This document shows positions 57,401-64,000 of a DNA stretch of 64,000 nucleotides, one piece after another. Below the pieces are notes generated by a model. The model was not told where the DNA came from and made no database searches. It worked only from the letters and a program-made list of their open reading frames with translations. Position 1 is the stretch's first letter. Each line of letters opens with the position of its first letter. A program made the translations under genes and the position numbers. Origin of the DNA: a bacterium (lineage in GTDB: Bacteria > Hinthialibacterota > Hinthialibacteria > Hinthialibacterales > Hinthialibacteraceae); the NCBI GenBank assembly GCA_963663405.2, contig CAXXSM010000140.1, positions 9,554-73,553 of the forward strand, written 5' to 3'.

Positions 57401-57644
57401 GGGGGGATCTCCATTTCAATCCACGCGCAGTGATGGATATACTGCCAGTATTTTCAAGCAGCAGATTGACGCCGATCTCCTCACTGCCCCGTATCCAGGG
57501 CATTCGCGGCCCTTCCTGCGGTTGTACACTTAACGTACGCAGCCTCCGGCCGCAAAATCCACAGAACGAGTCGGTCTCCGGATTGACCGGCCACTTCAAC
57601 ATGCAGGGACAATGCTCGACTTGGTTCTCTTTCATATTCCACAA
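54429..57644 (-). CDS. Atypical Hsp70-family ATPase with N-terminal Zn-ribbon and Ig-like domains
   Basis: CPC...FCGFCG at the N-terminus; ATPase motifs MGIDFGNTNS, FFKPKIG, SHPVRF..KQRLAL, FIDEAS, VFDFGGGTID, LGGE, AELLK, SGQSSRMPLI, KEAVAMG. Likely start ATG 57635. Confidence 0.9.
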   Translation of the reverse strand: MWNMKENQVEHCPCMLKWPVNPETDSFCGFCGRRLRTLSVQPQEGPRMPWIRGSEEIGVNLLLENTGSISITARGLKWRSPRPASEDERTIDFPRPVSLAPKSREIISLTIPLHENARLAELLTFHLLTGSEDRAESGVKVDPVQIPLKPPPRVDVQISGDFRLLRIADPKKGIQFNLVSLDRDLTLSHEENIVLHNIETNQTATVEREDISTRQLKVNLPIPIHVADLESFFSEGVTTRTVRLEVPIVEMGASVFTDTFTLHYIPKTEFEIYLELPEGITPRILKGCKRSFELWMKHHSRRVFSIDAIDVELPEHITGHGVYSAFIPNKPFPLMVDKAMESERLLFLGKITLDMTQWDSAGEKSEFRIHIRVDEIPEPSFTKSFPMEIVVCQIEWELPMGIDFGNTNSCVAIINDNNLPEMIPLPPLIQRKGCNKDNPIVVPTIVKYRAAGGFASEWESKEVEVEEVGGPALDALQASPQIGYKTITFFKPKIGLDFHHHFPFMPNVKNKTVDSIAYDYLKNLLTVTREETGYDYLHVILSHPVRFWTKQRLALRDALIKSTEASNINPNQLSVGFIDEASSVLLYYLVAGRYFESNSKARVPDEREIILVFDFGGGTIDMTLCEVTYDAVSERISIRHLDFDGTNDLGGEYLTEIIQKQLYRRAKNVANGREEEYQTTFPNGKNSNRREQNPSASNANTAFDARNDEFPIWSPDEDEEELLDLSELSTKSTVGNRAKSIQANPNTDWEESENEEEDAIIIPYSRIETLTQESGRYTNLATLNYWNLYWIAELLKIYIFTSGSTDEMNISVSGIEKKNPDSEPKRIQFFTDIVSKKDAIESQIKQALSGALEKAKTMIRNVKQMDSQCSLTKVLMSGQSSRMPLIQEMLRQAVLEANDGKPVEIVPLANIKEAVAMGSAIYGYMREYINVEMNRVSRVYIFLRGRIIGSKGYIPVIDRLTPLPAEAVCENFPLCRGKTVTLVESFINLQVSSNLITGKKDQEFRDIAKFQILPDGWTDEQIESARMKVILTRDEELRVTLEPNPSHGAELEPYSLWPPINACKDTILSDC

Positions 57645-57726
57645 GCGTTGATTTTTTTCACAGAAGGTCTCTTTAGTTTATGTTTTGTAATTCCTGACTG
57701 GGCGCTGTTGTATTGTCGAAAAAATA

Positions 57727-60700
57727 TTACTCTATGTGAGGATAATTCTCCTGTTCGATGTTGGAATCGGAAAATAAATTTGTATCCCGTGTTGTCTCCA
57801 TCTGCTGCGATCGGATTTCTTCAATGAACAAAGTATTAATCAATCGATCACCGAGTTCACGAAACCGTTTTTTCTTATACAGATTGGTCTCGTATTTCGC
57901 CAGATTCTCATTAATCACGGCTTGAACAATCTCAATACCGATCAACGAGATGACGTTCTTGATGCGTTCGATAAAGTCCAGCGACGCTTGTCCTTCATCC
58001 ACTAGCGCAAAGTTTCCAAGGTCCTTGTCCGCGTGTAAATTGACTTCCTCCGAGATGCCGTTTCGGCTGATGTAGTAATAGGTCACATCTCTTGTTTTCG
58101 CGTCCCGGTTTAAGAAACTCTGCGTCTCCAACTGCTCCCAAAAAAGATCGACGATATCCACCCAAAACGTGAGTTCATCGATGATTTTCCGCAGTTTCGG
58201 GTGATAGTGCAATGCGCCGATTTTGTGGGTGTAATGATTGGCGTAGGGAGAATGCGCCTGATTCTGCGCTTCAGAGCGTCCACCATGACGGAGCAAGTGA
58301 TCCAGGTCATCTGCAATCAGCCAATCCTCCAGCGATAAAGCGGCCGCTTCATCATAAAAAATCACCATGTTGTCCAACGTGCATTCAATGGTTTCAAACG
58401 AGGGCAGTTTGGGATCGATCGCATTCAATTGATTCTGCATTTCAACAAGACGGGATTTTGAATGACGTGGGCCTATGATCATATCCGGTTCGTCACATCC
58501 TTTGTTGGGCACTTCGCCTTGCGGGAACTGAAGCCAAGGGATGCAGCCACGGGCGACCTCGAGTTTGGTTTGATTGGAATACCGGTCGGTCTCCAATTCA
58601 TCGAGAATGCTGATCGGTTGCGCCGTGCGCCAACATTCGGCTTGATAATATTTGAGAAGCAGTTTTTCCGCTTCCTCCGCGTTTTTAGAGATGAACTGAT
58701 TGAAACTGATTCGTTCCATTCCGTCTTGCAGGAATTCCTGATACACATTGATATGGCGATGTTTATTTTTCACGACATTGGCGAGTTCTTCGGCGTCCGC
58801 GGCGAGCACGCCCTTCTTAGTCACCATCCGCATGCTTCCCAAATCTCTCTCCCGGATGATTTCATTCCAACGGTTCTGCAAAGCGGGCGCGACCTTGTTT
58901 TTCAACCGGTTGAAGCGGTCTCTCATCTGAAGACGAATCGAGGCGGTCTCTTGTTGATATTCACCTCCCACAAGGTTCTCTCCGAGAAACTCTTCATGCG
59001 CTTCTTCACAGATTTTCCGCATTACGGCGCCAGCGATATTCTCGATTTGTTGTTTGAGTTTCTCCGAGATATTATCAATCGCCCGTTCAATGTAATACCG
59101 CTGAACCGGCGCGCGGGCCATTAAAATCGATAGCCATAGGTCTTTGCAGACATCTTTGAACCGCAGAGAAATACCTCGTAAAGAGGGCCAGGGAACACTC
59201 AACGGCTCTACTTTTACGGGCAGTTCGTTGATTGTTTTTTGCATAAAGGCAGGGAGCAAATCGAGATATTTAACGATCTCTTCCACACTGCTCCATTGCC
59301 CCTCGGCGATCTCATTCGTATGACGCTCCGCTTTTTTCTGGATAGCGTCCAATAACTGTTTCTTTAATTTCCGCGCTTCGGCGAGAAAATGATTGTGCAG
59401 GGCGCCGTTCGGTTGCAACGCGTCGATAAGATTTACATTCCCTCCTTGTACATTGGGGAGCGTTAATTCGTTCTTTAGAAGAGAAAGAATCGCTTGCGCC
59501 GAATTGACAGAAGCGAGGGATAAGGCGGTATTCACCTGTTCGAGCGTATGCGTCAGGATATTGAACTCATTCACTTCCAGCAATTGACTGCGGATCGTTC
59601 CATAGATCTCTTCCCAGTCTCCTTCCGCGCACTTGTTCGCTTGATTCAAATTGCCTTCTTTCGTCCATTCATCCACAAGAGCGAGGCTCAAGTGACAGGC
59701 GGCGGCGGTGGCGATCATGAATTTAGGATAGAAAAAGCCGGACAGGCCGTGCGATTGAATCTGCTGAACGTACATTCCATTCTTTGAACGGCGTCCAATC
59801 TCTTCTGTGATTTCGTATTGCGCGCGCTGTTGATCTTTATAGGCCCGCACTTGCGGGACTAAATCTAAATAAAGTGATGTCGAAATCGAAGCATGCAACG
59901 CGCTCAGATCGTAATCCTGCCCGTTCCACGTAACGGATCGGATCCCGCTGTCATTGGACGGCGAGATAATATTCATAAAGGTATAAGGGCCTCGGTCATT
60001 CGGTTGGGGAGGAAAATTGGTGGAGTCATCCAATGGATGTTTGATATAGTAATGATGATCCCCGCTGGCCCAATAGTCATATTCAACCATCGCAGCCCAG
60101 CAGTTCATCGAACAGACAACATCCGAACGCTTGCGGCTCATGACCATGCTGCGGTCTACCACCGTAAACGTGCCATGCACGTAGGAATCATTGATCGCCG
60201 CGTCCAACAAGGCTTCCTGCGCCATATAGCCCACTTCCCAAAACGTGCCCGAGCAGGTTCCCCCGCAGAGAGAGCCGCAGATGTAAATTCGGAATGTCTG
60301 TTGGACCAGTTCTTCATCCGGACGCGGGATATTTTGGGAATCGTAATGCTGTTCCAACATGCGGATGGTTTCATCCCGTCCTCCGCGCGCGTTGTTGATG
60401 GCGGAGACTAAGGATTTATAGACACGTTCCCAGTTCGCCCATAAACAAAACCGTCCAGCCATCCGCCAGCCCCGCGCGCCTGATTCAAACGCCGTGCCTG
60501 ATGTCACTTCTTTATCCAGCCAATCGGACCAACCATCATGGAAATCCGGGCTTCGTGGATCAACTTTGCTTTTCAGTTGATTGAGTCCTTGGCGGCTGAC
60601 GGTGAGTGGAATTAATTGAAGCCTTTGCCAGGGCTTGTTCTGATCCGTGACATAAATATCCATTGTGGATGATGGACGGATGGAGAGCGTTTCGAGACTC

Positions 60701-60820
60701 AAAAAACGCATGCAAGGGCAAACCCGGCACGCCATATTCTTCAAACAACAGGCGGCGCACTCCTTGAATGATTTCCGTTCCCGATGTGCCGAGTCCGATG
60801 AAGACTGTAGGCATAACCAT
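57727..60820 (-). CDS. Tubulin/FtsZ-like GTPase (Tubulin_2 / FtsZl1-type) with a long helical C-terminus (one frameshift near 60715)
   Basis: RBS AAGGAG then ATG 60820: TVFIGLGTSGTEII; after an indel, RFLSLET...GARGWRMAGR...ICGSLCGGTCSG (tubulin signature variant)...NCWAAMVE; about 1030 aa in total. Confidence 0.88.
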
Positions 60821-60831
60821 AATAAATCTCC

Positions 60832-61192
60832 TTACCGCCTCTGTTTTTCCGCAGCCCGTACATAGTGCGAATACCTGGGATTAAATATGAGTTGAATTAA
60901 AAACACATCCAATAGAATGCACCCAATATATACCAACAATGTGGGCCACCAATCCCAGAAATTCTCCGTCGGTCCTAGTTTTCGAAACCAGAGGATGTAT
61001 TCCACGATCCCCGTAATCAAGCCCGCGAACATATGCAAATAGATCAGGTTGATGGTCCCATCGATAAGCGCTGGATTCCGGTGTGCCTTTTTTCGTTGGC
61101 CGTCCGCGTGGCAGTATCATTTCTAGAAGTAGAAACGCCACAACCAATCCACCGAAATACCATAGTAAAACAATCGTTACGTCCATATTCAT
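60832..61192 (-). CDS. Small multi-pass membrane protein (frameshift near 61040-61060)
   Basis: RBS AAGGAG; TM1 in ORF 60881..61192 and two further hydrophobic segments in ORF 60832..61038; ends 11 bp before the tubulin-like gene. Confidence 0.6.
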
Positions 61193-61221
61193 TCTCCTTC
61201 ACCCTGTCTGTTCCAGTGGCT

Positions 61222-62981
61222 CTATTGTATGTGGCCGTTCTTTTTGAAGGGTGGGCCAATCGATTTCAAAGATAACTTTCTTCGGTTTTGGTTGAAATGC
61301 GTCTTTCTTCTACAACGGGGATGGGATCGCTTGCCGTCGTTCCTGGGTGGAGGGGAATTGTCCACGCGGTACGCTGGTTTCGATTCATCCTCATCTTCAA
61401 TCTCATATTCCTCGAGTTCAATTTCCCGTTGATACGCGATATCATCATCCACAACTTCTACATTGCCCGAGAAGAATCCCCGCTTGTATTGTATCGACAA
61501 CGAATTCACTTTTCGATCGGGGAATTCCAATTCGTTGTTTATGATAATCGTATCTCCCCCATTCATCTCTACGGAATTTGATGCGATTTTATTTCCTATA
61601 TCACTAACGAGATAGCCTTTGATCACGATTGTTTTGGGAGGCCGTATTCTCCACTGGATGTATAAACCACCAAAAAGCGCAATAACAGCGATCACCACAA
61701 GCACAATCCAGAACCAGAATGGATTCACCGGCTGGAACTTGGCGTTAAATTGGCTTTTCGTTAGCGCCGATATACGTCCTGTCGGATCGTTGAAGGTAAA
61801 TTGCGTGGAAGCAGGCCATTCCCTTCTCTTCGATCGTAGCGAACACAAGCGAACCGGTCGCAGGAAGAAGCGTATCTCCTTTAAAGGCTAAAAAACCTTC
61901 CGCGATTATCCGCCCTTCATTATTGTGGAGACGCGCTTGAATCGTCGGAATAGGGACTTGCGCCTCAGGAGCTTTATTCACATAAAGCCCAATCGGTTTG
62001 GATTCGATCCGTCCGCCTCGCTGAAATAAGATCACTTCCGATTGTTCCACTTGCATGGTGACTTCACAAGGAGTCGGCGTTGTTGGAGGTTGTGTAGGAA
62101 TAGGTGTATTCGTTGGTGGAACCGGTGTTTTCGTCACTCGAACTGGCGTTGACGTATGCGGGGGAGCGGCCGGTATGACGGTCGGCATCAAGAGTTTCAT
62201 CATGCCAGATCCGGTCCGCCTTAATCATAATACGATGCGTGAAGGAAGGATCGGATGGAACGCATGGAATGACGATCTCAAACAACGCCTGCCGTTTTTT
62301 CTTCAAATTCTGGTGCTTGGTCACATACGCGTCGGTTAAATTTGGATCGTATCCTTCCGGCACGTTATCGGTGACCAACACTAGGTAGGTGTCATTGGTG
62401 TCTGGAATCATAGACTGTAACGCTCGTGGATGTTCGAACGCGTCAATCTGCGGCCGTACCCAATTTGTTTGCAGTCCCATGTAGCGAGAATCCTGGCGGT
62501 CCGGACGGGGTAGAAATTCCCGCAAAAGGGAGAGCCGGTCTCCACTGGGGGGGAGGATGCTCTCGTACAATGAATAACCATATCGTTCCCGGTTGAATAG
62601 AAACGCGGTCAGCAGCGTTTGATCGTCCACTAAAGGCCCAGCGGTTTCTTGCCGGGGAACATACCAGGTCCATTGTGGATCGTTGGCTCGTGGTTGTATT
62701 CCATGAAACAAAAGTGCGAATACCCGGTCATGTACAACCTGCAGTTCTTCATTACTCACCATCCAAACCAGCCTTGGAGGATTTATGTTTCGGTTGTACC
62801 GCTTGAACCATGCTCTGAGAGCAGTCCCCAAAGGAGCACGACACGCTTCTTGTAAGGTTGGGAGGATACATTGGATTCGGCGGCTGCGAGAAACATCGCC
62901 GTTATGCAGAAAGTGGAAAGCCATCCACCAACGCTCCCCATCCATTGTGTCCAAAGGTTCCCCGCCATTCTTTTTCATCAT
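61222..62981 (-). CDS. Exported vWA-domain protein with Pro/Thr linker, TM anchor and acidic cytoplasmic tail (several frameshifts; 3' end approximate)
   Basis: Fragments: signal peptide WLSTFCITAMFLAAAES; KKRVVLLW|DCSQSM (MIDAS DxSxS after an indel in the run at 62826-62829); YLVLVTDN; PTNTPIPTQPPTTPTP; TM FWFWIVLVVIAVIALFGGLYI; EIELEEYEIEDEDE. Confidence 0.65.
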
Positions 62982-62994
62982 AACCTCGGAATAA

Positions 62995-64000
62995 TTAAAA
63001 TCGTTTTTGGAACAATTGTTTTACCGTAGGGAGAATAAACCGTCCCTTCGACCAAATAGGCCCTCCAACGGCAGTATTCATCTGTTCGGGAATCGCGCCA
63101 AGAACCTGCGCTTTTTTCAATTGGAAATCAAATGTATAGAGTATTCCAGTATTTGGATGCGTTAGGAATAAATGATCCCCTTCAATATATGACCAAGGAG
63201 GGAATGCTTTAAAATTCTCTTGATAGGAAAAAATCTTAGGCTTTGGAATCACACCTTTTTGAATTAAATTAAACTCATCAAGGCCAAGAAGACACATCCG
63301 TTTTGGGCCGGAATAAATCACTTGATTGGTAAAACGGGTTCGAATCAATGGATTCCAAGCCCATTGTGGATCCATTCTTTCCGGATCTTCAAAAATATCA
63401 CTGGCGATCCAATCCGCCTTTTCCCATTGACAATTCCCCAAATTATCAATCGAATCCGAAAGCCCAATCGCGCTCTCTTCCCCAGCGAGAAAGACCCACC
63501 AGATTCCCTCCGGTGTCACAGCGGGGGAAAGCAGGCGCCCCGGATTTACCATTTGTTATTTGGGTATGTTCTTCCCGTATAAATTCTCCTTTTTCATCAA
63601 ACCAGGAGATAAAAACATGGCCGTTAACATGCGGCGTAACGATGGCGTATCCTTCTCGGCCGTTCTCTCGTACAGGAATATAGAGAGGAGATAAAATCCC
63701 TTCCGGTTTGACGTTCCACGTCGAAATCGTATTCACATTAAATTCGCTTCCTTCGATCACGAGCTTGTTTAAATCAATGGTGGTCAAACCGGAAATTGTA
63801 GCGATATAAATCCGCCGCAAGTCGGATTCCCCATTCGTCCACTGATTCCGGGCTACGTACAAAGGCGCCGCGTCCGGACACGCGGGATCGCTCAATGTGA
63901 CGGTCAAAGGTCTTTGCAGGTCCGGTTGAGGCAGCAACCGTAGTGACGCCATTCCGTTGATGAGATTAACAACCCAAAACTGCTAACATCCGCGACTGGC
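62995..64000 (-). CDS. Probable beta-propeller (PQQ/BamB-like repeats) protein, 5' end beyond the window, frameshifted
   Basis: ORFs 63446..63952 and 62995..63552 join near 63535; repeated short-strand motifs (LSPLYI, LSPAVTPEGIW, PPWSYIEGDHLFL, GGPIWSKGRFIL); stop 13 bp before the vWA gene. Confidence 0.5.

Noticed and set aside
50380-57644. Housekeeping dnaK-grpE-dnaJ heat-shock operon
   Set aside because: The Hsp70 has a non-canonical architecture, the GrpE-like genes are ~500-aa fusions, and I saw no J-domain, hrcA or CIRCE element.
57727-60820. Cell-division ftsZ or plasmid/phage tubZ
   Set aside because: About 1030 aa, no dcw-cluster or partition genes adjacent; motifs fit Tubulin_2.
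60700-63550. Programmed ribosomal frameshifting or phase variation in the operon genes
   Set aside because: The indels are numerous, sit in short 3-6 nt runs, and also hit an unrelated regulator and GH43; sequencing error is the simpler explanation.
1-64000. CRISPR array, rRNA, intact IS/transposase or prophage genes
   Set aside because: No regularly spaced direct repeats, rRNA-like sequence, or transposase/phage motifs were recognised.

Overview
Bacterial chromosomal DNA of moderate GC. Its gene content (Tat-exported TIM barrels, sulfatase, GH43, lyases, FG-GAP/dockerin-like proteins, secreted proteins ending in a short W-x-L/I-(Y) tail) resembles heterotrophic Planctomycetes-like or candidate-phylum lineages; this placement is inference only. 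The first ~46 kb is mostly housekeeping and carbohydrate genes: M20 dipeptidase plus POT transporter, mltG, moeA-moaC-MOSC/MogA, coaB, an NtrC-type regulator, tRNA-Gln, an ECF sigma/FecR cluster, ndh-korB-korA, a ferritin-like protein, a PL17-like lyase and a cNMP-PP2C protein. Two accessory loci stand out. (1) A decayed integron at ~34.4-36.0 kb: Pc-like promoter, attI-like site, an AT-rich TIR/NDT-like cassette, two tandem attC sites and a possible intI remnant. (2) A tightly packed minus-strand operon of at least 11 genes (46588 to >64000). In order it encodes a beta-propeller-like protein, a membrane-anchored vWA protein hidden by frameshifts, a small membrane protein, a Tubulin_2/FtsZ-like GTPase, a Zn-ribbon/Ig-Hsp70 ATPase, a degenerate Hsp70-like protein, two GrpE-tailed proteins, an unknown protein and a ZorA/ZorB-like MotA/MotB pair, with no ZorC/D/E. 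This is the best candidate for an undescribed system. Many genes carry single-base indels in short base runs, most likely long-read assembly errors, so the ORF track fragments several real genes. All family calls are by motif recognition by eye; no searches were run.
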